Assembly (NCBI RefSeq): GCF_964204645.1
Contig: NC_134025.1
Span: 23,726,299 to 23,790,298 of the forward strand
Origin: Tubulanus polymorphus
Taxonomy: Eukaryota; Animalia; Nemertea
DNA length: 64,000 nt
Direction: 5' to 3'
The position numbers were made by a program, and so were the translations under genes. The notes below the pieces were generated by a model that had not been told where the DNA came from, made no database searches, and saw only the letters and a list, made by a program, of their open reading frames with translations. Positions 26,101 to 40,772 of this stretch are shown here, piece after piece; positions within the stretch are counted from its first letter, which is position 1, and each line of letters starts with the position of its first letter.

Positions 26101-29100
26101 GCACTTTTCTGAAATGTAGGACAGTTACCTCTTCCCAGCTCTTCACAGCATCTTCTTTAGTGATACTTTCCACCAATCGACAAACCAACCAAAAGTAATC
26201 CCTACATCCAGCCCCATAAGGTTCTTTTGGACAGTCTTTACCATCTTCCAAATGAAACTAGAGCAGAAAAGTCAAGTTAATGCATTCAAATGTACAATAC
26301 ATGTATTTTTTTCTTCCAGAGAGTAATTCCACAGCTATACGATAAATTTGACTTAAATTTGTTAGTTAAAATCGGACTTTCCAATTCTACTGTTCTGTAT
26401 TTTAAATGTAACTTACGTCTGCAGTTTTGAGTGGTTTCATTTTCTTAGCGTAATCGAGAAATGTGAGCAAACTCGATAATAAAGGCAGCAAAAAACAATA
26501 TCCTTTCTTCGATCCATCGACTGTTTGTCCATGACACAAGCGGTACAAACCCATACACGCTTCTCTGCGGACATGTGGCTTAAAGTCAAAATAATGAACG
26601 ACGTTAATTGCTAAGACGCAAAGCTTTTGGTCGCCGCCCGAAAATTAGGCTTATGGTAATTTTGGTGCAATCTAGCCCTATCTGTCACACTAGCTCACTT
26701 CTTTATAAAATAATCATCAGCATTGATAGAACATCGACATCAACTCGTTTAGAGCTGGTGTGGAAAATTTTAAGCGGGGTGGATGGAAAAATGACAGGGG
26801 TGGCCGTCTTTCACTATCAAACTATGGGTAATCCGTGAATATCGGAAACTCTCACCTCTGGGGCATCTAACGTCAATCGCTTCAACCAGAATCCAAGTCG
26901 ATCCGGAGAACACAACACCGGGTGCACGTCTTCACATGAGTACGCCCAAGACACCAGAAATGACAAAGCATAGTGCACGACTGAAATAAGAATACATCTC
27001 GTATATATATAAACCATGCACATACAAAATACGTTAACTAAATATATCAGTTGACTGAAAATACAAGAACGCACCTTCTGCTCTAGCGAAAGACGAATGC
27101 AATTGATTTTTGTCACTGAAAATATTCAGACAAAAAAATCATCAAAAATAGACATCATATTATACGAAATGTGTTTTTCAATCCATATTTCACCTTCGAG
27201 GCATAGAAACCCGTTAGATGTTTGACGTAGAAAAAATAAGACGTCATATCAACTGACCTAGGAACGGCAGCATCGTGAAGTATCGTTGTGAGTATCTTCA
27301 TCACAGCATCAACTTCCATCATTGATAAAATTGTCTACATATTTAAATACATATACAATTTATATATCAAATCATAAATAACTATTTCAATATAGACTAA
27401 ATTTCATGAAACTATGATATTCTTTTGATTTTCTTATGTACCTCATTCAGCCTAGGTATAAGAATTTTTTCATTGTTGCTTTTTTGTTTTTTCATCTTTT
27501 TGCGTGGCGTATCATACTGGTCAAATACGTCGTCGCTGACAGCTTCGAGATCATCCTGACTGATCGAGAACTGACTAATTAAACGAAGTAGATAGCCCAA
27601 ACATTCCTGATTCCACTGTTTAAATAAAAAGTCATAAATGTTCTACCATAGTAGTCTCGCCATGATTGTAAAGCATCAATTGTAAGATAGAGGCTACATA
27701 CTTCATTCCACGTCTCTCCTTCTTTAGATTGTAAACACCCGGACAAAAAAATGTGAAACATGTGCCATAACCCTCCAACAGCAACAAACTACAACAGACA
27801 GTTTTAAGCAAATGAGCCTCATCAAAGCATCTAGCATTAATTCACAGGCAAGGACTAAGGCACCCTTGATGTAGAGCTCATATCGATTTATCAGATTTCC
27901 TGATTGTAAAGGGTGACATCAAAGATGACCACCATTAATCAAGGAGGCAAAAAGAAAATGTTGATAGAATTCTAGGCAATGCTAGATCCAAAGATTACAA
28001 GGATCAAATAGGTTTTATCTTAACATTATGATCAAAATCAAACGGTGTCCGAAAGAACCAGGTTGAACAAATGACTTATAAAATGAAAGAAATTAATGTA
28101 ATCAAATAAGAATAATCAAATGGGGTTACAGATATAACGAATAACAATCATTACTGATCTAAGTCTAAACCAGTAAATGCCAATTTCAACATAATATCTT
28201 CATATTTTCTGTACACATGATTCTCTACATTACCAATAGATGGCAGGGCGACCTTCCAACAACGGTTAATAATAATTAACAACTAATAGTCATAATAATT
28301 GTGGTTAGGCAACAAATACTACCAAATAGTTCAATTGAATAATGAAATTGATAATTGTTAGAATTTTTGCATTTCTCTGCAAGGTTATCAGTACCAAGTC
28401 TCCTTTTTAAGTTTTCAGGATTATCATGACTGGTTGCATGATTTGAGCCCAGTCTGCACATTTTCATTTTCATTTCCATTTTCACTTTCTATAATCATTC
28501 ATATATACTCTTTACAGAGAACGTTACCTTTTTGCTCCACGATTCCTCATTGCTTTCTGAATCAGATGTGTCTTCTGAATCTGAGCTCGGCAGATAATCC
28601 CCTCCACCGGAATGTCCCTAGAAAATAACAATTAGTGTCCACGTTACTATATCAATATTGTAATTGTACTTGTGTAAGATGTGGTTCGACCTAGAAGGAC
28701 AAAACAACTTGCTAAAACGTACCCGCTTCCTCCACTTGTGTTTTGGTGGTCTTGATATCGATTCCACAATCTGTAGCGAATACATGAGCTTGTGCGGACT
28801 GTGGCAGTTGAGTAATTTGTCCCACCTCAAATTGCTCTCGGATTTCTGAGTATCCTTTGACGAGACAGAAAAATGTTATCAGTAACCAATTGTTTAACCA
28901 ATACAAGAGTTAAGCAAGAATATGTAAGTGCATGTAATTTACCTTCATATCCATGATGCTTTTGAATCCATGAAGCATACTATGACTAGTAGGTAATAAC
29001 ATCAGTAACTCCCACACCTTATGTGATAGCAAGCGAGCTTTTGATTCAACTGTGTAGGACTCTTGATTATCCTGTTCAATCAGCGAAAAATTAGTTATTT

Positions 29101-32100
29101 ACTATGGTATATTAATCATCATTCGTACGAACAAAACTTTAGGGTAAAACTCTTACGTTATTGCTTATTTCAGGGTTGGGGCAGTGTAAACTGCTAAGCT
29201 CTTGTAACAAGTTAAATAAATGTTCGAAGTATTGCTCTTGTAGTAGAATCATCATGGGAATTTGTTCACGTTTCGGAGCTGGTTGATAGGAGGCTGGTGT
29301 CGATCCGTCTTGTTTACGCGGGTGTCGACTGACTCCGACTGATATGAAAACCAGCTGCAAAGATGAAAAAAAATTTAACAGACATTCACATATCAGACTA
29401 TTGAAAGATACAAGAATCATCGACTACTTACTTGACGGTCTTTGAACTGTATTTCTAACAGTGATTTCTCATCCATGTCGACGGTTAACTCCTGGCCTAA
29501 TGTGATCATTCTCACAGGTCCATCTCCCAACATTGAACCCAGAATAGGCGTCAAAATTGAGCCTGTTGTTGGTGTTTGCTTCTCGGTTTTCTGCTGTTTT
29601 TGTAAAGACTCCCACCATCGAGTGACTTCCGCTCGTAATTCTGCTACTAAATCCGACGACAACATTTCAATTGTTGATTGCTTAAAAAAAATCGAAACAA
29701 ACAGAAATCCATTAATACGTAATGTATCGCCCCAGTTTGAAAAAAAAAATCCATTATTAAACATAAGCTGCATGAAAATTTATGTAAAACCAATTCATGA
29801 GTTCAAGCTTTTCAAGTGCTGCAGGATGCATCTAACGTAGATACATAGGTACAGAAACCAAATACATCAAAACACGTTGAAAACTTTCCAAGAAAACTTG
29901 ATTCTCTCTAGAGACAGATGGATGGACAATACAAAAAGGAAATGCAGTAACCCAATAAAAAGTCCCGAGTGGGCTAAAAAATGTTTGATATGTTTTAAGT
30001 TCTTACTTTTTCAGCGAGACCAGCTGGTTGTAAAACAACCCGTAGCATTGAACTTTGTCGATCTTGTAACAGTTTTTGATGGCTGATAATCCCTTGATTG
30101 TCAAGTTGCCATATGCGCAGGTGAAAAGCATATCGGCGGCGAAAACTTTCTAAATGGTTCTTTAACAGGATCAGCGCACGCTGTATCACAAGAAGACTCG
30201 ACTCCGGCCGCTGGAAGAATAAACAATCAACCTTTGTTAGAAGTATAATTACATTTCTTCAAACTAAAAATATGCCTCATTCATTTTACAGTACGCCTGT
30301 TTAAGCTATGACAACATTGCCTATTTTTTCGGTAGCCAATAAAACATATTAGTGAACTACAATTGAAAATAACTTACTAAGCTTTCCATACATCTTTGAA
30401 TGAATTCTTCTTCTTTACCAATTGTGACTTTGTCATCTGAAAATAGTAGAAATCTTTTTTATCTGCACAAGAAAAAAAATCCTCATAGGACATTTTCTCC
30501 CTTAAGATACAGTTGAGTCGGTAAAATATTCATTTAGAAACGTACACATTATATAGTAATTGTTCAAATACTGTATGGCAGACATGCTAACATCAGTGTT
30601 GTGAGCTTTCAACGCGATACCCCATAACTGATCCATACCGCTTATCTGAAACACCGGCAAGAAAATGATTAATACAACGTCTTCAACACATCGAAACATG
30701 AAGGAAACAATACAAGCAGTCCACCCCTCTAGAAATATCTTTAATCGGAAAATTACCTCATCTTCAGGCAGTGGATTATCAAATGAGTTATTTGCAAGAC
30801 GAGCGAGGTGACACAATTGTTGAAACAAATTCAGTCCGATCATGCTAATATTTTCAGGCTGCAACTGTGGCATCTAGGTAAAGAGAACAGCGTATGATAA
30901 GATGAGTTCTACGATAGGAATAAAACAGCTCTCAAATAACCTAAGATGATGACAAACCTTTTGAAGAAATATGTGTTTAAATGCGCCAAGGCCCAAAGCA
31001 TGATGATCCTTGCTTTTGGCCTGCGATAGAAACCAACTCAGGCACTCATCAGTACTAGCTGGATTAATGACTAGACAAGACCACAGTGTATCCACTTGTT
31101 CAAGACTTAAACCTATGTACACAAAATGATTGCGCATTAGTCCCTTTCGATTAAGCATCAGTCAACAGTTCCCGATTATTCGAAAACGCCTAATTCACTT
31201 ACGGAAAGTATCTGGTGATCCAAGGGATGAAAAAACACCGGTAAGAAATTGCAATCGCACCTGTACTTCATCACGAAATGTGTAACTACAAAAACAAAAC
31301 AGTCATAAATGTCCTGAAGTTCAAACTTTGTATAGAATTTTACCATTGAGTATTCAGGAAAAGAAACTTACAGACTATGAGCTGGAGGTCGACTGCCTTC
31401 TTTTACACTATCTGAGAAGTGTATGAGGTTATTGAAGAAATGCTTCATCATGTTCAACTTATTTTCAGCCCATCTGAATACATACAGTAAAATAAACCAG
31501 TAAATGAATAGATCATGAAGACAGGAGTTTCATAGCAATTATTTCCATAAGAAGTACTTACATGAGAATGTTATATGGCTCAGTACCAGATCTGTATTGC
31601 TGAAATGATCCTAACAACTTTGGGAGAAATCTTAATGACACAACTACAGATCTGTAACGAAGAAAGAATCAAGTAACCTATATGGCAAATGATAACAAAA
31701 ATAATCTTCGTTGTCTTCGGAAACCACTAACGTGTTATTGGCTAAGTTATCGATACAAGCACCAATGAATTTCATGCGGATTCGACGGTCTGTGGAATAG
31801 CAGACCAGAGAAAATAGTGCCTTCTCCGCTTCAGCATCTAAACCTTCCGGAAGATGACACTAGAAATAGAAAGGTTTGAAACCTTGTAAGCATGAACAAC
31901 TATTTCAGAGAATTCAACAGAAAGCTAACTACTGGACAATACTGAAATCCGATTATAGTGAGAAATCATATGACAAAGAAAACGTTCAAATTTCTCCCCC
32001 CCCCCTAAAAAACATCACTTACAGCAGCGTCTTCTTGTACTAAATCCCACAGCAGTGTATGTCCTGTTTTACAGACATCTTCATAACTGAAACTTGAACA

Positions 32101-35100
32101 AATGTGTTCCTCGTCATCTTCATCATCTTCATTGTTGTGGTGATGTATTATACCTATAACAAATAAATTCTATCAATGAATGACTCGTAGAAATATGAAG
32201 CTAATGTGGAGATGGTTTTATCTCAATCCGGTTAAGCCCAGGCTTGTTTAAAGTGAGATATTCAATTTGTCTCAATGAAAATCGGGTGAATAATGGAGAA
32301 CAAGCAGCACAATTTTTGTACAGGACGGTCACACACAAAAAACAGTTCTATTCAATGTACACATGAAAAGTAAATGAGTTAAGTGAAAACTAGGTGAATT
32401 GGCCAAATGTGTTCGTTTATCTTACAGAAGAAAACTGTAGGGCACACTCTAAAACAGTTTCTTCAGCCAGGAATTCCTCAAAGTATAAATCAAATAAATC
32501 GATGAAAATGCCATGCAAGGAAATCTTGAATTGTCAGATTGAATGTCAATAAGTAAAGTAAGAATTGAAAAATTTAAATTTCGCACTCAAAAAAAATGTC
32601 CAAAAAAGAATACATATACAAGAGAGGCACATAACATCTTACCATGGGGAACCTGGCCATGAGCGTGGTACATTGAGGCAATGTTTACCAACTGTTGTTG
32701 TACGTGTGACCGAAATTGTGCATGAGCTCTCATGTGCGGTGGCACACAAGAATTGCCATGGATGTGTGCTACCTCCTCATCACTCATCACATCTTCACCT
32801 TCAAAATCGGCCATGTTTTTCTCCGATTTATTACTGATATGAGAGCTGTTACAACTGCCGTCATCTGGACTTAAAATATCTTCCATGAAGTCTCTGGAAA
32901 TGCAAAAGGTTTAAAAAAACATTAGCATGTTAAGATTAATGTAAACCCATATATTGAAAAGCATTGAATTCAAATGGTTAATAATGACACATACCCCTGC
33001 AAATGTCGATGTCGATGAGTTTGAAATTGCTGCAAGTAATTGCCACAATCATAGACTTCTGTTTCCACATTACTCCCAACAAATTCTTGCGAAGTCGTTG
33101 GCGAGCTGCCTTGGCGGCCTTCTTCTTTTGTTTTTCGGATTTCTCCTTCTTCTTCATCCTCTTCTTCCTCCAATAAACTACCCTCCTCGGATTCCTACAG
33201 CGGCCATACAAACGTTTAATCGCAATAATTCCAAAATGACAATAAAAATGATATCACATCGTCATTGAAAACTGATTCTCATTGATAATCATGCAGTTAC
33301 AAAAAGCAGTTCGCAATTTTTAGCTTCGTAGCAAGCCCTAGTTTGATGAATGAAATTGAGGAAAATTTGAAAAGCAATATTTCCAGCAGCAGAAGCTAAG
33401 ACATAGCATCGATTTGTGCTGCATTTGTTCTTGTTATCAGATTTAGAGCAAGCACAGTCAGTCATTACACTACATGTAGCCAGCAGTACTCCATGTGACA
33501 TGGAAACGACACTGAAGTAAACATTACGGCTAACCTTCGGATGTAGAAGGAGCAGAGCTGCTCGATCAGCCCCCGTAGCACTCACACTTGCTTCTTCGCT
33601 GCCGAGATCCTCTGATACGCTGCTATCTTTCATCGTATCTCCCGAGACGTGAGCTTCGCCGACGCCTGTACCTTTCACCAGTTTGACAACTTTCACCGGT
33701 CTGACGGGTCGAATGACAATCCTCGGAGCTTCGCCGAGACGGCCTTTCCTCGGTACCACGCGTTGAAACTGTCGACATGTCTTTATCTTGCCGTTTTTGG
33801 CGTGAAACGCGTGCACCATCTCCATTTCGCGCAAGATCTCCTCCTGTTCCGAATCCATTTCCTCTTCGTCTTCTTCCAAATCGTCGTCGTCATCCTCTTG
33901 TACGATTACGCGTTTGTGATGATGATGATGTAATTTATGACGATGAGAACAACCATGGCGGTGATGATGTTCGGTAAGCGCTGTATCTTCAGCATCTTCT
34001 GACTCACAGTCCGACACTTCGATCGTTACGGCACATTTTTGATTACCCTTTTCTTGCTGCTCCTTTCGTTTCTGCAAGCGATGGTAACACCGTTCGCCTT
34101 CCGAGATATCCGACGGCAAACTGTCGTCGCTGATGTTGCTGAGATCACTATTGGCGCATATGCTACTGTTATCCCAATCCTCGCCTTCGTGGCGGTGAAG
34201 GCACTTTTTCTTTTCGCACGACGACGAACCATCTTCCGGAACTTTCGCCTAAAATAAAGCAGAATACACAAGCCACATTCATAAAAACTCCCAACGAAAT
34301 TATCACCGACTTCACGAAGGCGGTCGATTGATCATAAACCAGTTGCAAAAATACCACATTCATGTACGCGAACATTCATTCATGAGACATATATGCTTAT
34401 TGAATTCAAGGATAATCTTCTTTTAGCAGCTTAGCTAGCTGAGCTAGAAATCTAGTGATTTCGAAGTCTACAGGCATAAACTGTCAGTGTCGTTCGTACA
34501 CCTCCATCAATGCATTCACCCCATTCTAGCATTCAAAAACAATTTGATACATTAAGACAAAAACATACACCGATAAAACACCCGTTCATCACGTACAAGT
34601 GTAAATTCGGTCTGTTACTACTAGTATTACATTGTCACGTTTTTTTATCTATTGGTCATCTACGTACACTGTACTACGTCACTCTAATCTGTGCATACAC
34701 TCTCGCCGTTACAGCCTAAACTGTCAAAGAACAGAACTTTTATGAAGTATATGTACACCCCACAAAATTGTTTGTATTCACCAGGGTGGCCACTTTCCAT
34801 CCATTTACAAGTCCCGCTGTGATTACACAAAATTCCCTGAATCAGAGGAATTTCTAGAATTAAAATGTTACAATTCATTCATTTATCAGTGAATACCGTA
34901 CTGATAAAGAAACACGTGGTCAATAGCATATCATCAAAATTCCCCAGAGTTCTCAAAGTCTTTAGTAAAATTTGTCAAATTACCTCTGAGTCTCCCCTGA
35001 TTTTTTCGAGGTCATTGGCAACCCTGTTCACTTGAATATCAGCTCGCAGTCCTAAATTAGTGACTTAAATTTGGCCATATAGTAGAAATTGGCCACCACT

Positions 35101-38100
35101 CGCTATTGATGGCTTAATCCCATCTATTCTAAGAATTGAATTTCAACTGAGAATTGTGGAACTAGGATCTGGTGAATACCGGGGAGCTATGGTAGACCGC
35201 ACCAGTGTTTTCTCAACCAATAAATTCTGCTTCTTCTTACTACATATGTCAGTTCATCGCAAAAACCATTTGTCATCCTTTACAAGTCTGGTACATGTAG
35301 TGAAGTGTATGACTGTTATATAAACATATACGTGTGTGTGTATATATATATATATGAATATTCAAGAGATTGAAGACTGAATTAGAATGTGAGCAACGGG
35401 ATGGAAGTAGTAAGGACTCTAAACTATGCGATACAATAGTGGGTTAATGCGCCCAGAAATTTATACCTCGTCATCATCATCTTCGTCGTCATCATGTTTC
35501 CTCTTACGCACATCGACATCAGACTTGTTACTGGGACTGTCTTTGACACCTTCTTGTATACCTGAATAAGCCAACAGAATATAACGGTAATCACGTTACA
35601 AGATTCCAAGAAAAGATTGTTGAAAAATACCAGTAACCGCAAACAAAATGAAACTACTAGGAGTCCAAGGACAGCATGCCCAATTGGTGAAATTTCAGTC
35701 TGATTTTTCAAAATTCAACATCTTGAACTTGAAATTCACCGGAATCATAGAACACGTTACGAGCTTTACCTTTTGTAAATTCTTCATGCTCCTTCACAGC
35801 TCCTGAATATTGTGGAGATTGATGGGGCTGTTGAGCCACATGAGGACACGGGCCACCAGCCGACATCCAGATCCTCTTGATCAAAGCATACGCTAAATAC
35901 AGAGTCTGAAAGTATCAGCCAATGTAAAATTCTTTATTTCAAACCGATTCTTTTTCATAATCTTAAATGAAATGGAGATATTTGGATGATTTTAATATAG
36001 GAAATATCAATTGCCATACCTGTTCTGTGTGAGAGGAAATTTCCAGCGATGAAACTAGTTTTAGAAGATGCTGGACACGTTCAATATCTAGATTTTTTAT
36101 CAATGTCATCAGTATATCATGGACTTGCTTGCTGCAATGTTTCAACTGAAAGTAAGTTAAACAAGCATAAATATAACACTATTAAAGGTTTCACATCATA
36201 ATCAATATCGATTTATTCACATAAACTACCTGCGCAGCAGCCCAAATACAATCAATATGTTCATTGATGATTCTACTTTCCACCGCCAGAAAATTCAAAA
36301 TCATTTGACACTGTTTTATTATCTGAATGAGAAGCAGAAGAAAGAACATTTGAAGAGTACCCGGTATAGATAACTGGTATATTGAGAACAACAGCTCTCT
36401 ACAATGAAACTCACCTCAACATGCAGATTCGGTCCAAATATATGTTCAACCAGTTTATTGTCTATCAACCAATTGGCAATCTTATTGCCAATACTGTAAC
36501 AGTAGAAATAATAGTTCTTTGTGCATTATTTTTACCAAAAAATATTCGGCATCTCTAATTCACCAGGTACTGAATTTGAATAATACGTACCTTTCAGCAT
36601 CATTCGTACTTTCATTGTTACAATTTTCATTGTATATATTTATTTGATTCTGAAAGAATACATACAATATTCACATATATAGATGGGTTGGAAAGCTGCA
36701 ACAGAGCCAGTAAAAGACCACAGCGAAATTACAATGGAATAATACCCGCAAGATCACTGAAGGCCTATCACTACAGTGATTATTCAAAGCGTTTTGCTAA
36801 CTAAATATGCAACTCACATTCATTTGACTGACACCAGCAAGTCTGATTGTCAATGTGCTACAAGTAAAATATTTAAACGCCAAATCGAGTACTTCATGAT
36901 CGAAGGTGACCTGACTGTCCAATGGCTCCTTTACTGCTGCCCATAGTAAATCAGTCATGTTACGAAGTCCAGCCATCCTCAAATCTTTGTCTGATAGTTT
37001 ACACATGTATCTGAAAATACAAATAAAACATAAAGAAACAACCTGAAAACAATCAGTTGAATAACTGATTATTCACGTCAATGTGAAATGTACCTGATGA
37101 TATGAGATCGCAATGGAACAATGCATTGCATTATAGTTGGTATGTTCATCCACATCCTCAACTAAAAACATAAAGAACATTCACAATTTATATGAGTTTT
37201 CACTAAAAAATCTTTGCCAATTGATTAAGTTATCTAAGATATGTGAATTACTTACATTTGCGATTATGGTGATAAGTGTGTGAGCCACAAAGAACGGCAG
37301 GGTTGCGGGATCACCATTATCGAAGCATGTCGCAATGGCTTGAATGCCATTGGTATCACAGAAAAAACAGACATTTCGCAATAAATATAATGGAACTTCA
37401 GTATCCTAGAAAACATGATCATGTTATTCAGATTAATTTCAAAACTACGCAGTACAGATAGATTTCCGATTAAAATTTACTTACAGCAACTTCGCAATAA
37501 TTTCCCAAAGCATTCGCTTCCTGGGGATTTATTTCCTGAATTTGAAGAAAAGAAAATCGTTGTATTAGAACGAAACGGCAAAATGTGCAGCGAGGAAACA
37601 AATCGATTTTGACACTCACCTCGTGTACCATATGTTTATAAGCCATATACAGGGGAAAGTTCATTAAAAATAACTTCGACACGAATTGTAATAATTTATC
37701 TTTCTCGTCAATCGTCCAAATATAATCTCCATCATCCGCGCCGTCTTTTTCCTCCTTTTGTTCATCTTCCGACTTGGTTTTTTCATTCTCACCAGATTCG
37801 TTCGATTTTTGTTCCGCTTTCTCCTTCTCCGAGTTGTTTTCTTTTTCGAGGAACTTTTTCTGTTCGATCGGAATCGTTTCAATAGTCTTTATTGACATGC
37901 TCAGTATAACCTGAACGATATCATTGAGCCTCTCGAAGTTTTTAACTTCGCGAAAACAACACATGCACTGTCTGAAAGGCAAGATATCAAGCTTTGTGAG
38001 GCGGATGCAATTAGGTACACATAATGGTAACAATTTTCATTTAATTTATCTAGGCCTAAATGAATGTCACTTGAAAAATTAAGAAGCATTTTTCAAAGTC

Positions 38101-39089
38101 AATTTGATGCAAAATTGTCAACAAAGTATGCCATATCGCCATGCCATCCATGATGGGATAGCTAGCTGCAAGCTCATCGAAATGCTTACCTCTGTGACCA
38201 GGCTTGTGCGTATATAAGAACGGTGATTATTTCACCCTCCGATAAATGTAATCCATCGCCTTGAATTTTCTCCTCATCTGCAAGAAAACAACAAAATGTA
38301 TGTAAAGTGAAAACATGAAATCCTCAATCCTTACAGCGTTACTACAGATGTGAGAAATGAAATATCTAGGCTTTTTACTCCTCCATCCATACTCTACTAG
38401 CACTCTTATGTAGGAGAATTCAGCGACATAGGTTCAGCTTCTCAGTTTGATAATTTTGGCCCATCAAGGATAAGGTCTCTCATTATAACCACAACAGTGG
38501 GTACCTGCGCATTTTCATTACTCATTTTGTTTATAGACTGTAAATCATTTCTAATGACTGCATCCTATTCTACGACTACAACTTGCCTAGGCCTAGTATC
38601 TCACTGTTGGTTGTTTGTTGTTACAAGTTACTCAACCAAAAGCTAAGCATTTACTGGTCCCATTCTAAGCCACTCATGATCGCATTCAGTACAGTTCAGT
38701 AAAAACTGGTGATTTCACTCAAATTTCCACCACACTTTATGGATGCATATGGTCATCAGTAATCTGTCTGTGGTTTTTTGTTTAACATTAACAATCGGAT
38801 ATTTTCAACAAACCACTACCATCATTGGGGTAGGCCTAACTAATTAAACGAGCGTGCTGGCCGCTACCAATATCAAATCAAATTGCTTCATGTGAACAAA
38901 GCTGGACATGAGATTGTAGGAAATTTAATACGAAATTTCTGTTTATTTGGAATAATAACAGGAGAGGTCTAGCTGAGGAAAATCACGGAACGAAGTCTGG
39001 AAATAGAATTTTGAAAGTGAATGAAAATGAAAATTGCAGTACTTACGCGAATCCAAGAGATTCAGTAGGTCTGTACAAACGTCACACAT
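16603..39089 (-). CDS. USP34: Ubiquitin carboxyl-terminal hydrolase 34 (Drosophila puffyeye orthologue), many short exons
   Basis: Starts MCDVCTDLLNLLD. Cys box GLTNLGATCYMATCMQHL at about 25370-25425, QKDMTEFFTDL, His box VHTGTADGGHYYSFIRD at about 23710-23760, FEKTNSAYMLFYER, and the USP34-typical KSEKNMADFEGE. Last exon ends ...KQKPST* at 16603. Confidence 0.95.
17021..17111. repeat. (TA)n microsatellite in a USP34 intron
   Basis: About 45 uninterrupted TA units. Confidence 0.99.
29905..29980 (+). mobile_element. 3' remnant of the Helentron-type family seen at 41005-42258
   Basis: GATGGATGGAC...AAAGTCCCGAGTGGGCTAAAAA matches the 3' end of the full element. Confidence 0.6.
34782..35026. 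mobile_element. hAT-like MITE with CAGGGTGGCCA TIR
   Basis: CAGGGTGGCCAC...TGGCAACCCTG with internal TTCCCTGA-like repeats. Same family as 52234-52523. Confidence 0.6.
35656..35775 (+). mobile_element. 5' remnant of the Helentron-type family
   Basis: ACTAGGAGTCCAAGGACAGCATGCCC resembles 41006-41031. GAAATTCACCGGAATCATAGAACACGTTACGAGCT resembles the 154-bp repeat. Confidence 0.65.
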
Positions 39090-39733
39090 TTCAAAGCCTT
39101 GTTAGAACTAACATGTTAAAGATCCCACGCGAAGACGATTATTTCTTTACCGGGTGGTTTATTTAATAAAGAATCACTGCAGAATCGATGCGGAAATGAC
39201 CGCCATGTTGTTGCATGGATCACAAAATTCCTAAGTATCGCAAAGAACCGATGGCGAATATATATAATTTTGATAAAATCTCTGTTGAAAAACGATGAAA
39301 TACTTAATTTGATGATAGAGTAGATAATTCTGATATTCAACGTGTTTCGTAAAAGATTTGAAGAGAGTGAAAGCAGGAGGTTGGGCGAGAAGGAACAATT
39401 CAATTCAAATTCTAGTCGCAAAACCCGTGATTCAAAATGGCTGCCACTAGATGATAAAATGCGAATACTACTAACTGTTTTATTTATACACCAGAACAAA
39501 TTTAGGTGAGTGACAGCGTAGGCCCAGTACCTCCTCATATTATATGATGTGGTTTATAATATAGCAAAGTCTGACTTATGATGAGGCCAATTGTTAATTG
39601 TCAGTCAGTTAAAGCGTGACGAACTTGAACTTGAACGTGGACGTGGTGTAGTGTGTAAGGTCAGTAGTCTAGAAATTGAAGAAAACGGATCGGTTATTTA
39701 AAATTCTAACTTTTGTTTCTTTAGATTTTTAAT
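39090..39733. promoter_or_regulatory. Divergent promoter and 5'UTR region of USP34/SMIM12
   Basis: The two ATGs are 645 bp apart and head-to-head. YY1-like CAAAATGGCTGCC at about 39433. A SMIM12 5'UTR intron runs from GGTCAGT (about 39660) to TTTAG (39724). Confidence 0.65.
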
Positions 39734-40003
39734 ATGTGGCCCATTGTGATGGGATTTATGCGCACATACGCTGTGTATATAACATTTCCTGCGGCTGTAG
39801 TCGTGGGATTTGTGGGCTACAATGTCGAGTCTTTAATACGCGGAAATAAGATGCAACCTTGGAAAAAGAAAGGCATTCAAGAGGAACGCGACGAACGGAA
39901 ACTTGCTGAATTAGTCAACTCGGAGGAAGATGTTACGCATGTAGAAAAATTGAAATACGTACCGGAAGAAATATTCTACAAGAATATGCCACCCAAAAAA
40001 TAA
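39734..40003 (+). CDS. SMIM12: Small integral membrane protein 12 (UPF0767)
   Basis: MWPIVMGFMRTYAVYITFPAAVVVGFVGYNVESLIRG...EERDERKL matches the SMIM12 pattern MWP...[21 protein letters not shown]..IRG. Single coding exon, AATAAA at about 40069. Confidence 0.9.
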   Translation: MWPIVMGFMRTYAVYITFPAAVVVGFVGYNVESLIRGNKMQPWKKKGIQEERDERKLAELVNSEEDVTHVEKLKYVPEEIFYKNMPPKK

Positions 40004-40772
40004 ACTGTTAGTCAGTGCTAGTCCTAGCTTCTAGATTTTCAAGTGTGTAAATGTGTAAAAAACGTTTCCAATAAACAAATTATTTAGATAAAGAGGCACA
40101 TTGAATTTTTCATTTGGTGAATTAATTCTGATCAGGAAAATCGTCCAAGCATATTTTTTCCTTTGAACAATAAGATGAGGATCTTCCGAGTGTGAAATTA
40201 AAGGGAATTTTATAGACACATATTCTTAACGCAGTAGACAAAGCACTTACATAAAGATAATTGTACGTTTAAAAATATTTATTGGCTACCGGTAAATAAT
40301 TTGATTAAACAGCACCATAATTATAGCAAAATAATATAATTTCAGAAATTAATGGATTAAGTCACAAAAAGCTCAGGTGGTGAACATGCAAATTTTTGTA
40401 TGAATTTTAATCACATTATATAAAACTATTAAGACTGAAGTACATATATCAATAAGTTATTTTTCCCAGTAAGTTCAAGGCAGTTGTAAATAATTGTAAT
40501 CTAGGTTTGTAAATTAATACATCATTTATTAAGTTAAGTTAACCTCATGCAATGTTTACAGCGCTAACACAAAGAAAGTATACAAGTATAAAATCTTATC
40601 AATTTTTCGATATTGCTCGATGCAGACTTATAATTTTACATAAGAAGCTGCATTAGAAATGCTTTATATTTGAATGAATTTCTTCATGGACATATCTAGG
40701 AGGTATATGTAAAAACTAGACCTTCAGCAAAACAGGTATCAAACTTTCATGACTATAAATCAAAGATGTTCT

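Noticed and set aside
30297-30305. 9-nt USP34 microexon (LKQ)
   Set aside because: It would fit the frame and resemble orthologues, but it needs a very weak GCGTAC donor, and the flanking exons already join in phase.
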